A stretch of DNA of 61,714 nucleotides, counting the filler, from Chiloscyllium plagiosum (taxonomy: Eukaryota), in NCBI RefSeq assembly GCF_004010195.1. It is 7 parts of one record of this genome, joined end to end, with 100 filler letters (N's around TTAATTAATTAA, not from the genome) between each part and the next. Parts side by side here need not be neighbours in the genome. Positions count along the whole stretch, not along the records: positions 42,897 to 51,100 come from NC_057716.1; positions 51,201 to 57,470 come from NC_057716.1; positions 57,571 to 61,714 come from NC_057716.1; 4 more parts are not named here. The stretch is one strand, 5' to 3'. Shown here one piece after another: positions 47,441 through 60,221 of this stretch (positions are counted from its first letter, which is position 1; every line of letters begins with the position of its first letter). A program made the translations under genes and the position numbers. The notes under the pieces were generated by a model. That model was not told where the DNA came from. It worked only from the letters and a program-made list of their open reading frames with translations, and ran no database searches.

Positions 47441-50400
47441 GGGGGGGATCAAAGATGGCTGCGACCCAGCAAGTCTGGGTCTATAGTGCTCCTCCCAAGA
47501 CTTGGGCAAAGTGGACCACCCACCTCCACCACATTCACCTAATCATTTAAAATAGTTTTTACTTAATATAATTAGTTGCTCTGTACTAAATTTAAACAGT
47601 CTAGTCTCCTGTAAACATGACTAAAGGGAAGGGAGCCCGCAGTTCTCAGCAGGCAGGACCCCCTTCCCCTCCCTCACCAGCTGCAGCAGAGGTATCCGCA
47701 GCCACCCTGGGGGACTTACCTACGGTGGCGAACCTCGTGGAAATAATTTCCAAACTTGACGCGAAGATCGACGCCTTCATCGAAGAGCCCCGGAAGCAAT
47801 TGAATTCACTCTCGGCTGCGCTACAAAAGCACAACTGAGACATCGAGGAAATCGAGCGAGTCGGAGGGGCAGAGCTAAAGGCTGCAGAATTGGCCGTGGG
47901 TCGGGTCCGGACTCTCAGACAGCGTGTCCGGACCTTAGAGAATCACCTCGACGACCTCAAAAATCAAGTTCATCGAAAAAATATTCGTTTGCTGGGCCTT
48001 CCTGAACGGGAAGAGGGAGGCCAGCTTACAGCGTTCCTCGAGCAGTGACTTCACAGAAGGCTGGATCAGGCCAGGTAAGGGTGGAGTGGGCCTACCGGGT
48101 TGCAATACGCGGGCCTGGCTCGAACCAGCGCCCCCTGCCCGGTCTTGTTTCGGCTGCAGAGCTACAAGGAAAGGCAGATGCTCTTAGAAGCTTCCAGAAA
48201 GATCCCCAAGCCATGATTTATAAAGGATCCAAGATTATGTTATTCCAGGACTTTTCTCCAGCTTTGGTCCGAAAGAGAAAGGCGTTTGACAGAGCAAAGA
48301 AGCGTTTAAGGGACTTAAACATTCAGTACTCCTTGCGCTAACCAGCGACACTACGCTTTAACCATGAAGGGTCCGTGTACAACTTCGGATCGCCAGAGAA
48401 GGCCAAGGAATTTTTGGACTCTCTTAGATATATTGTAAGAGTTAATTGATGTTGTTTTGCCCTACCCCCAACCCGATTTACCTTCTTTTTTTTATCCCTT
48501 TCATTACCTTACTGTTTAATATTATCTCTGGGGGGTGGGGAGAAGGGTTTATTTATTTGTTCTTCACTTAGCGATTTTCTATCCCCTTTTTTATTATATA
48601 TATATATAGGTTGGGGGGTCTAGTTAATGTAGGTGGGGGGAGGTGGTTACCTTATCCTGTTTTATCTCTGTCTTTAGGAGTGGGCTTGTTTTCTCCTGTT
48701 ATTTTGTATTGCTATATTAATTATTATTTGTTGAGACTGTAATTTTATAGTTATATATGTTCATACATGGTATTAACATTTCCAAATATATCCGGGTGTC
48801 GGTGTGGGTGGGGGGAGCTGGGGTAGCGTAGTCACTGTTAATTCTAGCTTATAGTCTATTTGAATTTTCTTTATCCTATTGTGCGGTGCCTGGGTCAAGG
48901 GTGGGGTACTGGTTGGGAGTGGATATGATGGGCTTTTGGAAAGGAAGTGATGTCCCCTGGGAACAAGGGGGAAAATCTCCATTTAAATACATTTCTTTAA
49001 ATTTAGAAATAGTTTTTTATTATATTGATATGAGTGTATTAAAGAGCCTTTATTTTTGTGAATTTTATATGCTCTATGCTCAGGATGTTTTGGATAGAGT
49101 TTCTTCTCCCGAGGGGTCTTGGACTTGCCCCGATGATTATGGTTAATCAGTCGGTTAAATGGTGCACCTGGAATGTCAAGGGGAGTAATTCACCAATCAA
49201 AAGGAAGAAAATATGATCAAACCTCAAGAAAGAAAGGGTTGATAGAGCTCTCCTACAGGAGACACATTTATTGCACAAAGAACACTTGAAATTACGACAG
49301 GGTGGATTTGATCAGGCCTTCTTTCCTTCCTTCAGCTCAAAAAGTAGGGGAGTTGTTATTCTTATTCAGAAGAATCTCCCTTTCAAAATCCTAAATCAGA
49401 TAAAAGACGAATCAGGACAATATATTCTGATTAAAGCCTTTATAAATGGAGAGGAATACGGGATCTTAAATCTGTATTGTCTCCCGGCACATTCTTTTAA
49501 ATTTATAGCAGAAGCCTTCTCAAAATTGATGGCTTTCAGTGCTCTTCATACAATTATAGGGGGAGATTTTAATCGTATTATGGATCTGAAAATAGATAGG
49601 ATTCCCAAGAGTACTGCAGGAGTAACCCCCAGATCCAGACAATTTGTGGATTTGAACAAAGAATTAGGACTAGTAGATGTGTGGAGATGTCTTCAGCCAC
49701 AGGGCAGAGATTTTTCTTTTTACTCCAATTCACATAAATGTCACACCAGAATTGGTATGTTTTTTGCCCCTTGATTTTTAAAAATTCCATATCATCCTGT
49801 AAAATAGGCAGTATAGCAATTTCCGACCACGCTACTGTATATATGGAAATCAAGGTGAGGACCAATGAGACATCCCCCCGGCAATGGCGTATGGATTCCT
49901 TCCTAATGAAAGATAGTAAATTTGTAAAGTACTTCTCTCAAGAATTTAAAACATTTTTAGAAATTAATTCAGGTAATTTAATGATGTGGGAGACCATCAA
50001 AGCTTACGTGTGAGGTTTGATCATTTCATACTCAGCGACCCAGAAAAAACTAAAGGGAGAACAACAGCATCTGCTTGAAGCTCGCTTAAAAGCAGCTGAA
50101 ACAGCATACACTGACAGACCTTCTATTATCAAATTACAAAGGATTACGGCCCTTAGGACAGCTCTGAACACCACGCTTACCCAAATGGCTAAGAGGGAAA
50201 TATTATTTGCAAAACAAAGGTTATATGAATTTGGCGATAAACCTGACAGATACTTAGTATTTCTCGCAAAGAAAAAAAAGGCCCCTCAAACTATCACATC
50301 TATCAAGGAAAGTGCGGGTACTCTGACTCATGATCATAAAAGGATTAACACAATCTTTAGAAAATTTTATTCTAATTTATATAAATCGCAAGATTATGAA

Positions 50401-51100
50401 GGTAGAGCTAGGAGGATGCAGTCATTTTTTAAAATCCTGACTTTTCCGGACCTAACTCCGGAACAGGTATCGGTCCTGAATGCTCCCCCAACAACCCAGG
50501 AAATACTTGATGCAATCAGGCAACTTCAGAGTGGTAAGGAATCTGGCCCAGATGGCTTTCAAGCTGAATTCTATAAAGAATTTACAGGAATATTGGGTGG
50601 TCCACTTATGGACATGTATAACTACTCTTACAGTCAGGGCTGTCTCCCACCTTCACTGAAAGGGGCGAATATCTCTCTTACTCTCAAAAAAGGAAAGGAC
50701 CCAGACGATTGCGTGTCATACAGACCAATATCCTTGCTAAATGTAGATTTTAAAATCCTTTCTAAAATGTTAGCATTGAGGCTAGAAAGGGTATTGCCAC
50801 ACATCATAAAGGAGGATCAGACGGGGTTTATTAAGGGCCGTAGATCATCCAATAATGTCAGAAGGGTTTTGAATGTGATTCAAGCCTGCCATCAGGGAAA
50901 GGTACCAGGAGTAGTAGTCTCATTAGATACGGAAAAGACATTCGACAGGGTTGAATGGTCACATCTGTTTTACACATTGGAAAGGTTTGGCGTTGGAAAG
51001 GTTTTTACCAAATGGGTCTCAACACTGTATAATGATCCCAAAGCAGTTGTGATTACCAATGGATTAGGCTTGGATAGCTTCAGTGTGGATAGGGGCTGCC
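47441..51100 (+). mobile_element. L1-clade LINE, 5'-complete, disabled, 3' cut by join
   Basis: Starts GGGGGGGATCAAAGATGGCTGC. ORF1 from 47617 (coiled coil, RKNIRLLGLPE-type and IMLFQDFS motifs; stops and frameshifts). ORF2 from ATG 49139: WCTWNVKG, LLQETHL, IIGGDFN, ISDH, KESGPDGF, YRPISLLNVDFKILSK, DQTGFIKGR, SLDTEKTFDRVEW. Confidence 0.93.
47451..47460 (+). promoter_or_regulatory. YY1-like site at the L1 5' end (internal promoter)
   Basis: AAGATGGC just after the poly-G start, as at the 5' ends of L1 elements. Confidence 0.6.
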
Positions 51101-51200
51101 NNNNNNNNNNNNNNNNNNNNNNNNNNNNNNNNNNNNNNNNNNNNTTAATTAATTAANNNNNNNNNNNNNNNNNNNNNNNNNNNNNNNNNNNNNNNNNNNN

Positions 51201-51460
51201 ATCTGACTGCATTTCCTGCAGATGAAGTTGGCAGGAGTATCGGTGGTCACCCCTACCTCAAACATCCTGCAGGAGGAACATTCCACTGCCTGCGCTGCCA
51301 TTTCTCTACACTTCGTCTCCAAAGCAAGAACACTGAGTAGCTTACCTGTGGACCTGTAGAACACACCCACTCAAATATCAATCACTTACCTTCCCGACTA
51401 GCTCTGCGCTCCAACTTCACTTCCACCCAGCTCGCGCTACTCTCTGCTGTGAAAAGTAAC
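51201..51460 (-). mobile_element. CR1 5' UTR and ORF1 start
   Basis: MAAQAVECSSCRMFEVGVTTDTPANFICRKCSQ, homologous to 36210..37100. Confidence 0.85.
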
Positions 51461-51579
51461 CTTGGCTAGCCCTCCAGGTCTCTGACTCATCTGAACCCTG
51501 GTACACTCCTGATTTCCTTCTGCCTAGCAGCACCCCGCATTGTTTCAGTGGCTTCACCTCTGACCTCTGGACTTCCTTT

Positions 51580-51772
51580 TCCAGAGGAAGTGGTGGAGGC
51601 CGGTACGATTACAACATTTAAAACGCATCTGGATGGATATATGAATCGGAAGGGTTTAGAGGGATATGGGCCAAATGCTGGCAAATGGGACTCGATTAAT
51701 TTAGGTTATCTGATCGGCATGGATTAATTGGACAGAAGGGTCTGATTCCTTGCTGCACGACATTATGACTCT
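51580..51772 (+). mobile_element. CR1 3' end
   Basis: CCAGAGGAAGTGGTGGAGGC...GGGCCAAATGCTGGCAAATGGG. Confidence 0.85.
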
Positions 51773-51961
51773 AAGTTGGTGCTGTTGTGAATTAAGCACA
51801 CAGCAAGGTGGCTTTGTCAATTACAAACTCAGCCCCAAATCTTCTGGGATATTAATTATACAGTTCAGACAAGGTTTGCCTAATTCCTGGGATGGGACTT
51901 TATCTTGTGAGGAAGCTTTGAATCTGAATCCAGATGATCATATTGAGATATATGACAGCCT

Positions 51962-52075
51962 GAGTGCGGCTGTTCTGGCACAGTGGTAGTGACCCTACTC
52001 TGAGCCAGTAGCCCTGGATTCAAGTCCCAGTTGCTCCAGGGATATGTTGTAACATGCCTGAGCATGTTGATTAAA
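51962..52075 (+). mobile_element. Short tRNA-derived SINE (second copy at ~52252-52356)
   Basis: TGGCACAGTGGTAGTGACCCTACTCTGAGCCAG...GGATTCAAGTCCCA A/B-box head; both copies end in TAACA..TGA.CA...TGATT. Confidence 0.55.
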
Positions 52076-52354
52076 ATAAGAGCTGGAAGTCTGTCTAAAA
52101 GTTACCACGTTCAGATCCATAATGAAGTCCAGTTATCAGACAGGTAATAGTGTAGTGATAATGTCTCTGGACTAGTGATCCAGAGTTCCAGGATGATATT
52201 CTGGAAATGTGGGTTTGAATCCTACCAGAGTATAGTGTACAATGTTAAGGAACCTTATGACGCTGTGATAGTGTCCCTATCTCTGAGCTGAAAGGCTTTA
52301 TTTCAAGTCCCAGCTACTCCACAGGTGTGTCATAACAAGTCTGAACAGGCTGAT

Positions 52355-52605
52355 TGTCCTCGTGGGACATTGGCATCACTAGCTGGCCATAGATCATTGC
52401 CTGTCCCTCGCTACCCTTGAACTGAGTGGCTTACCAGGTCATTTCAGAGGGCACTTAAGAGTCAACCATGTTGCTGTGGGTCCAGAGTCACATATAGAGT
52501 TGACCTTTAATGATAGCAGTTTCCTTCCCTGAGCCAGATGGGCTTTTCCAACAATCAACAATGGTTTCATGGTCATCAGCAAATTCATTATTCCAGCTTT
52601 TTTAT
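52355..52605 (-). mobile_element. Non-HE1 tRNA-SINE, 3' part
   Basis: AGAGTCAACCATGTTGCTGTGGGTCCAGAGTCACAT...GAGCCAGATGGG...ATGGTTTCATGGTCATC, as at 3275-3740. Confidence 0.7.
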
Positions 52606-52634
52606 AGATTATTCATATCACATTTAGCACAAAT

Positions 52635-52935
52635 ATAGAGTCTTAGAGATATACAGCACAGAAACAGACGCTTCAGTCCAACTCTTCCATGCCGACCAGT
52701 TATCCTAACCTAACCTAGTCCCATTTGCCAGCACTTGGCCCATATCCCTCCAAACCCTTCCTATTCATATACCTATTCAGACAACTTTTAAATATTGTAA
52801 GTGTACCAGCCTCCACCACTTCCTCTGACAGCTTGTTCCATGATGCACCTCAAGCCCCTTTTAAATCTTTCCCCTCTCACCTTAAACCTATGCCCTCTAG
52901 TTTTGAACTCCCCTACTCTGGGGAAAAGACCTTGA
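52635..52935 (-). mobile_element. CR1 3' fragment
   Basis: GLFPRVGEFKTRGHRFKVRGERFKR. Confidence 0.85.
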
Positions 52936-53879
52936 CATTGATTACAAATATTTATAAACTCTGAGGGAACTTCAAAGGATGGATACTGTTTCATTGAGTG
53001 GGAGAAACAGAACTAGGGGACAGAGTTTAAAATAAGGGGGTCTTGTCTTTAGGAAAGTGATGAGGAAGATTTTATTTTTTTCTCTCAGGGGGTGATGGGT
53101 CATTGGAGCTTTCTTCCCTGGAGGCAGTATCATTAAATATTTTTAAGAAGAGGTAGATAGATTCTTGACTAAGGAGGGAGTCAAATGCTTTTGGCGATAT
53201 GGGAATGCGCAGTTGAGTCCACAAACTATCCATGATTGCAGAACAAATTGGAAGGACTGATTAAAGATAGATAGGTTCTTGATTGTCAAGGGGATCAAAG
53301 ATTATGGGGAGGAAGCGGAAGAATGGGATTGAGAAACTTAACAGCCATGATTGAATAGTGAAGCAGAATCGATGGGCCAAATGGTCTCATTTCTGCTCCT
53401 ACGTATTTAGTCTTTACTCCTAACCTTTTATGCCCATACATAGTGTGAGATTTGGGAACAGAACAGCTTCAGTCTGAAGTTACAGTGTCTGAGCTGAAGG
53501 TGGCAGAGTAGGCCCGGGGTTTGCAGGCGCCCAGGTCAAGTTGAAGCAAGGTTTACCGTTTTCTCTTGCTTATTAATGAAGGTGTGTTGCAGGAATATAT
53601 TAAAGGCACAAGCTGTACTCAATTTGTTAGAAATCACGGACTATTTTAAGTCTCGGTATAGGCAGAAAGGTTGCAAGAGTATACCAGAATGTAAACAAGA
53701 AGGTTACGTTTGGACTCTCTGGCACATAATACAGTGATAAATGAATTAACAAGACAAGTAATTATTGCTTACACGAAGTGAGTGATTGATCAACACTAGC
53801 TGCAAACGAGGGTCAGTTGGAAGATTTGTGAATGAATGTGTTGAAATCTGCTGGGCTGCACTTGCCGCTATGATGATTT

Positions 53880-54305
53880 GTGTTTCTGTGGGCAACACTC
53901 CCACCTGAATTTAATGATTGAAATTGGGATTGAAATTCACTCAAGGATCGGAGCCTGAAAACAGAGTAGCACTCCCTCAAAGCAATACCAAGGGAGTGCG
54001 ACACTGTCAAAGGCTGCTGACCTCGAACGGAGAGCTAAAACTGAGGCCCCATCTCAATTTTGAAAGTGAGCAGTAGAGTTATGCCCGCTATCTTGGGGCC
54101 AATATTTATACCTCAACCAACATGGTAATAAAAGATTATCTGGGCATGAATACATTGCTGCTGTATGAGAGTTTGCTGGATGCAAATCAGTTGCTGGAAT
54201 TTCTGCATGACAACAATAACTACACTGTAAAAATATTAATTAATTGTAAAACAGTTTGAGATATCATGGACCCATACAAAGGGCAATACCAATGCAATCT
54301 CTTTT
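53880..54305 (+). mobile_element. Ancient Deu-domain SINE (SacSINE1/AmnSINE1-like)
   Basis: GGGAGTGCGACACTGTCAAAGG...CTGAGGCCCC...GGCCAATATTTATACCTCAACCAACAT...AGATTATCTGG...TTGCTG; matches the DeuSINE consensus as I recall it. Confidence 0.75.
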
Positions 54306-54317
54306 GATCATATTTGA

Positions 54318-54632
54318 GTGGTGGCATGGTGACTCAGTGTTTAGCACTGCTGCCTCACAGCTCCAGGGACCCGGGTTGATTCCAGCCTCGAGTGACTGTC
54401 TGTGGGGTCATTCCTCTGGGTGTTTCCTCCCACATTCCAAGGATGTGCAGATTAGGTGGATTGGCCAGGCCAAATTGTCCCTTAGTGTCCAGGGATGTGT
54501 AGGTTAGATGGGCGAGTCATGATAAATGTGGGGTTACGATTAGAGGGTAAGGGTCTAGGTGGGATGCTCTTTGCAGGGTTAGTGCAGACTCAATAGGCCG
54601 AATGGCCACTTCCTGCACTGTAAGGAATTGAA
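54318..54632 (+). mobile_element. HE1-type V-SINE (older, internally deleted)
   Basis: TTAGCACTGCTGCCTCACAGCTCCAGGGACCCGGGTT...GATGTGCAGATTAGGTGGATTGGCC. Confidence 0.85.
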
Positions 54633-54671
54633 TAATTTTAGAATTTCACAACTAGACTGTCATACAGGCAA

Positions 54672-54962
54672 GAGAAAGTGAGGACTGCAGATGCTGGAGA
54701 TCAGAGTCGAAAAGCATGGTGTTGGAACAGTACAGCATCCGAGGAGCAGGAGAGTTGATGTGGTATACAGGAAAGCCACACACACAGACCAAGTCCTAAA
54801 CTATGAAAGTAACCACCCCAACACACACAAACGAAGCTGCATCAGGACACTATTCAGAAGGGCCAAAACACACTGCAGTACACCAGAACTGCAAAAAGAA
54901 GAAGAGGAACACCTATACAAGGTATTCGCCAAAAACAGATACCCGCGCAACTTCATCAACAA
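54672..54962. mobile_element. PLE pieces: minus-strand family A pLTR joined to plus-strand RT-thumb fragment
   Basis: VYRKATHTDQVLNYESNHPNTHKRSCIRTLFRRAKTHCS...YPRNFINK (54760-54962). Confidence 0.88.
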
Positions 54963-55364
54963 GGCAACAGTAGAGCGATTGCAGCAGGCAGGAGCTAACA
55001 CAGGCTCTGCTTGTCATTCACAAGTTTTGAAAAACCGTGCAACTCCTTCCCGCTCTGTCCTCACTGCTAACTTTTTTATTTTATTCATTCAGGGGATATT
55101 GGCATTACTGGCTGGGCCGGTATTCATTACCCATCCATAATTGTCCTTGAGAAGGTGGTGGTGAGCCACCTCTTGAACCACTGCTTTGCTTGTGATGTAG
55201 GTGCATCCACCACAATGCTGGAGGAGGGGGAATTAGGGAATGGGGAAGGGTGTAGGTGTTGTTGTTGTTTGATCTGTCAATAATGAATGAATAGAAATGT
55301 ATTTCCAGTTCAGGAAGGTGTGTGAGTTAGGCAGAACTTAGTTCAACAGGGATAGCTCAGTCAA

Positions 55365-56550
55365 TGGACAGGAGGCCATTCAGCCCACTGACCCTGTTCT
55401 TCCATTTAATACAATCATGACTAATCGAACACGTGAATGCTTTTTACTGATACTAACACCATAACAGTTTTTGCAATTGGTTATCAGAAATCAATCAATC
55501 CCTACCTTAAACGTTCTAAAAGACTGAGCTTCCACAGCCCTCTGCAACAAAGAACTCCATAATCCTCTAAGTTAAAAAAAACTGCTCATCTTAGACCGAA
55601 GTGGCATCCCTTTATAATTTGAAATGTTGTCCCCTTGTTCCAGACTTCTCAATCTGGGCATATATCTTACCTGCATTTTGTAAATTTCAACAAGATCACC
55701 CCTCACTTTTCAAAACTCTGGAGAAGCCCAGTTTGCCCAATCTCTCTTCACTGAATCATCTCAGGAACAGGTTTGGTGAACCTTTGTTGCACTCCCTTAA
55801 TTCCAATTCCTGAAAAAAGGAGACCAAAACTGCACGCAGAATTCCAGGTGGGCTCTAACCAAGCTCCTGCGCAATTGAAGCAAGACCTGTCCTCTCTGTA
55901 ATTGAATCGTCTTGTTAAAAAAGACTAGCATTCTATCAGCCTTCCTGATACCTTGCTGTTCCCTGCATGTTAGTATTTACTGAATTATGGACCAGGACAC
56001 TTTGTAAATCTATACTTTCCAATCTCTTACCATTTAAGAAATATTCTATACCTATCACCTATCAAAATAAATAATCTTGTATTTTTTTTCACAGTATATT
56101 CTGCCTGCCATGTTCTTACCCATTTGTTAAAGCCCTCCTGAAGTCGCTTTACATCTTCCACATACATGCCCACTTAATTTTATGTCATTTGCAAATTTGG
56201 AAATATTAGACTTGGTTCAAACTCCAAATCATTGATATATATAGTGAACAACTGGGAACAAAATGTTGGTCCTGGTAAAGCCCCACTAGTCACAATTTGA
56301 TAACACAAGATTGACCCAATTATTCCCACTCTCTCTTTAATGTCTGTTAACCAATCATTAAATCACACCAATGCATTATTTCCTGTACATTGTGCTTTAA
56401 TGTTGCTAAACAGGCTCCTGTGAGGAATTTATCATAGCATTCTGAAAATTTAAATATTGTGTGTTCATTGGCTCACCTTCATCAATTTCACTGGTAACAT
56501 CCTCAAAGAACAAATTTCTCAAAACCATTCCCCATTTGCAAATCCCTGCT
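55365..56550 (-). mobile_element. Old degraded CR1 RT to 3' region
   Basis: CAGGAGGCCATTCAGCCC tail; GTCATTTGCAAATTT (decayed KFADD); GGAATTTATCATAGCATTCTGAAA (decayed DFQKAFDK). Confidence 0.7.
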
Positions 56551-56749
56551 GACTGTGCCCAATAAGATCCACACACACACGCGCGTGCTCACAGACACAC
56601 ACACACATGCGAGCGCGCACACACACTCATATGGGGTGAATTTGTATTTGCAGATACATTTATTTTGTTCAAAAAGCACACAATCTGTGTGCAGTCAGTA
56701 AATGTGACATTTTATAAATTCCTACTTTGGAAACAGTTAGTAAGTTTGC

Positions 56750-57053
56750 AGATGATAATTAGTAAGTTTGCAGATGACACCAAAACTGGAGGTGTAGTGG
56801 ACAGGATCTTGACCAGATGGGCCAATGGGCTGAGAAGTGGCAGATGGAGTTTAATTCAGATAAATGTGAGGTGCTGCATTTTGGGAAAACAAATCTTAGC
56901 AGGACTTATACACTTAATGGTAGGGTCCTAGGGAGTGTTGCTGAACAAAGAGACCTTGGAGTGCAGGTTTATAGCTCCTTGAAAGTGGAGTCGCAGGTAG
57001 ATAGGATAGTGAAGAAGGCATTTGGTATGCTTCCTTTTATTGATCAGAGTATT
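56750..57053 (+). mobile_element. CR1 RT fragment
   Basis: ISKFADDTK; WAEKWQMEFNSDKCEVLHFG...EQRDLGVQV. Confidence 0.92.
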
Positions 57054-57470
57054 ACCCTCCCCTGCCACCACAGGAATTGCAAAACCTGCGCCCACACCTC
57101 CTCCCTCACCTCCATCCAAGGCCCCAAAGGAGCCTTCCACATCCATCAAAGTTTTACCTGCGCATCCACCAATATCATTTATTGTATCCGTTGCTTCCGA
57201 TGTGGCCTCCTCTACATTGGGGAGACTAGACAGCTCCTCGCAGAGTGCTTTAGGGAACATCTCCGGGACACCCGTACAAATCAACTCCACCGCCCTGTGG
57301 CCCAACATTTCAACTCCCCCTCCCACTCTGCCGAGGACATAGAGGCCCTGGGCCTCCTCCACTGCCGCTCCCTCACCACCCGACGCCTGGAGGAAGAACG
57401 CCTCATCTTCCGCCTTGGAACACTTCAACCCCAGGGCATCAATGTGGATTTCACCTATTTTCCTCATTCC
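57054..57470 (+). mobile_element. PLE GIY-YIG endonuclease fragment
   Basis: CKTCAH...FTCASTNIIYCIRCFRCGLLYIGET...FREH...PVAQHFN...EERLIFRLGTLQPQGIN. Confidence 0.92.
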
Positions 57471-57570
57471 NNNNNNNNNNNNNNNNNNNNNNNNNNNNNN
57501 NNNNNNNNNNNNNNTTAATTAATTAANNNNNNNNNNNNNNNNNNNNNNNNNNNNNNNNNNNNNNNNNNNN

Positions 57571-57782
57571 CTTCTTTGATGTTTCCTCCGGTTTTTATCG
57601 TGGTCTGTCCCTGCCGCTTCCGGTTGTAATCTCTGGAGGAAACATCAAAGAAGCGCTTCGCAGGAGGCTCCCAAGCACTGATGATGTCGCCTAGCCAGGG
57701 GACGAAACGTTTGCAACAAAAACTTCCAGCTCGGCGAACAGAACCACAACAACGAACACCCGAGCTACAAATCTTCGCACAA
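57571..57782. mobile_element. PLE family B inverted 3' ends with hammerhead motif at 57675-57714
   Basis: CTTCTTTGATGTTTCCTCC / GGAGGAAACATCAAAGAAG inverted pair; GCA-CTGATGA-T-GTCGCCT-AGCC-AGGGGAC-GAAAC-GTT-TGC. Confidence 0.82.
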
Positions 57783-58594
57783 ACTTTATATTGATAAAAC
57801 CTTAAGTTATCTCGGGACTGTGACTTGAAAGAAGTTCTGGGATTTACATAGTAATCAATCGAAACCTGCATCCCCATTCTAAGTGATTAAAGACTGAACA
57901 GCAACCTAGGTCTGTTAGATATATGACACAGTTGTATGACACTTAGATGTTTTACTAAAAAATTCTGCATCCTATGATCCTGCCCCACTAAGTACCTGAT
58001 GAAGGAGCAGCATTCTAAAAGCTTGTATTTCAAAATAAACCTGCTGGACTACAACCTGCTGTTGTATGATTTTTAACTTTGTCCACCCCAGTGCAATATT
58101 GGCTCCTCTGTATCATCAATAAGCTCATGACCATCCAAGTGTGCATTTCTCACTTCCTTCACAATAGATTCTAGCCTTTTCGCTACTGCTGATGTAAGGT
58201 TAACAGGTTTGTAATTCCTTATTTATTCTATCCTATTGTAACTAATGGCGTTCCATACCCACTGCTGAAGAAGGTTGTGAACGAAGATCAGAGCATTAGC
58301 ATCGAACTTCTAAATTGCTAGGCTAGTGACACTACCACTAGACCTTCATTCTTGCTGTCCTGAATACTGTGGGGATTGCCTCTGAGAGGTTTGTCATCTA
58401 TTATCAAGACTGAACCATAGTCCAGAGGACAGCACTTAAGACAAGGTACTTTATAAAACTGCATCAAGGCAAATTAAGAATGATTTTATGATCCAACATC
58501 GTGAGAGGAACCAGGTTGCCAGGGGATCATAGCCATAGCATTAAGTTATTCCAGCAGATAGTAAAGCATTGGCACTTTGTCAAAGGTGAATCTT

Positions 58595-59095
58595 AGAGTC
58601 ATAGTGTCATAGAGATGTACAGCACAGAAACAGACCCTTAGGTCCAAATCATTCATGCTAACTAGATATCTTAAGTTAATCTAGTCCCATTTGCCAGCAT
58701 TTGGCCCATATCCCTCTAAATCCTTCCTATTCATACACCCATCCAGATGCCATTTAAATATTGTAATTGTACCAGCCTCCACCATTTCCTCTGGCAGCTC
58801 ATTCCATGCACACACTACCCTCTGTTTGAAAAAGTTGCCCCTTAGGTCCCTTTTAAATCTTTCCCTTCTCACATTAAATCTATGCCCTCTAGTTCTGGAC
58901 TCCTCCCACCCCAGGGAAAAGACTTTGTCTGTTCATCCTATCCATTTCCCTCATGATTTTTTAAACCTCTATAAGGTCACCCCTCAGCCTCCAATGCTCC
59001 AGGGAATACAGCCCCAGCCTATTCAACCTCTCCCTTTAGCTCAAACCCTCCAACCCTGGCAACATCCTTGTAAGTCTTTTCTGAACCTTTTCCAA
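58595..59095 (-). mobile_element. CR1 3' end
   Basis: RFKRDLRGNFFKQRVVCAWNELPEEMVEAG. Confidence 0.92.
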
Positions 59096-60221
59096 AATAT
59101 AAAACTCAGAAATTAAAGCGCTGGAGAAACTCAGCAGGTCTGGCAGCAATGTGTGGAGTCTGACATTTCTCTTTTTCAAAACCAGTTCCGCTGAAGAGAG
59201 CAGCAAATACCCAGAATGGCACCACTGCTGAGGAAATGCCAGTCACTGTCTGCCTTGTTCTTGTTGGACATTGAAATGAAATCAGTGAAACATTTTTACA
59301 TGTTGGTAAATGAAAAGCTACTAAATGACGGGCAGGGGTCGTACAGTGTCTGAACCATTGCTTCATCTCAAGCCATGTCATCCTTACAGATTAACCACAA
59401 TTCTTCTCATCTACTGTTTTTGGGATCTTTCTGTGCACAGATTGGCTGTTGCACCTCCAACAACAATTGCTGAGCAGTATTTTATTAACAAAACATATCT
59501 ATTGGAGAGACCTGATGAATTGGAAGGAGTATTGACATACAAACTCTTTCTCAAATTTATAAGAAAGCAGCTTTTGTTGCATTTTTTTTCTGTCCCTCAA
59601 ATTGTCTCTGTCTCACTTTCCATCTCTGTTTCCCATCCCCCTTTCTCCATCTACCCCTGTTTCTTTCCTGTGGTTGGATTCTCTTTATTTTGTCTTCTGT
59701 TGCAAACTGTGGTTTCTTCCAATTTGTATTATATTTGCCTCTAGATTATTTTTTTCAGTGTCTACATCGATGCATAAATTTGTCTGAGCAAGCATTCCCC
59801 TGATTCCTTGTTATGTTGCACAGCAGTGATTAGGTACATCCCTGTGTTTATATGTTTTGTAATTTTCCAACTGGAACTATTCTCAGCACGCCTTTTACCA
59901 GGGGGGGCTGAGCAGCACTTTGAGATCTTGGTGATTTTACAGTCAAATGGTTTGAATCCAGCTCGCAGGTTGAACCCCATTGAAACTAGGTGTAAAAATG
60001 ATCCTCTGAATAAAATGGCTCCATCTAACAGGAAACTGGACATTGTTCTGCTTTACTTGCATTAGAAAATGGACAGGCTGCTTGCAAACCAGCCAAATAC
60101 AAGCTGGGGAATAACATGCGTCACTTGAATGTGTTAAGGGTAAGAAGAACAAAGGAAGATGTGTAGCAAGCTCCCTGGCAGACTTCATCCTTTTTTTGAA
60201 TTAACAATATCTAACCAGATT

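Larger units (their letters stand above)
56570..58110 (+). mobile_element. PLE family C 3' UTR (56570-56745 and 57783-58110) enclosing nested insertions
   Basis: A CA-rich start and AT-rich UTR end in a decayed hammerhead TAC-CTGATGA-A-GGAGCAGCATTCT-AAAA-GCTT-GTA (57993-58027). A join lies inside, so continuity is uncertain. Confidence 0.55.

Noticed and set aside
50017..51156. 379-aa ORF as an active RT gene
   Set aside because: It is part of an L1 ORF2 with upstream stops and a frameshift, and it is truncated by a join before the YADD motif.
59895..59910. CTCF-like site TTACCAGGGGGGGCTG
   Set aside because: Mismatches at conserved core positions; single motifs of this quality are expected by chance in 60 kb.
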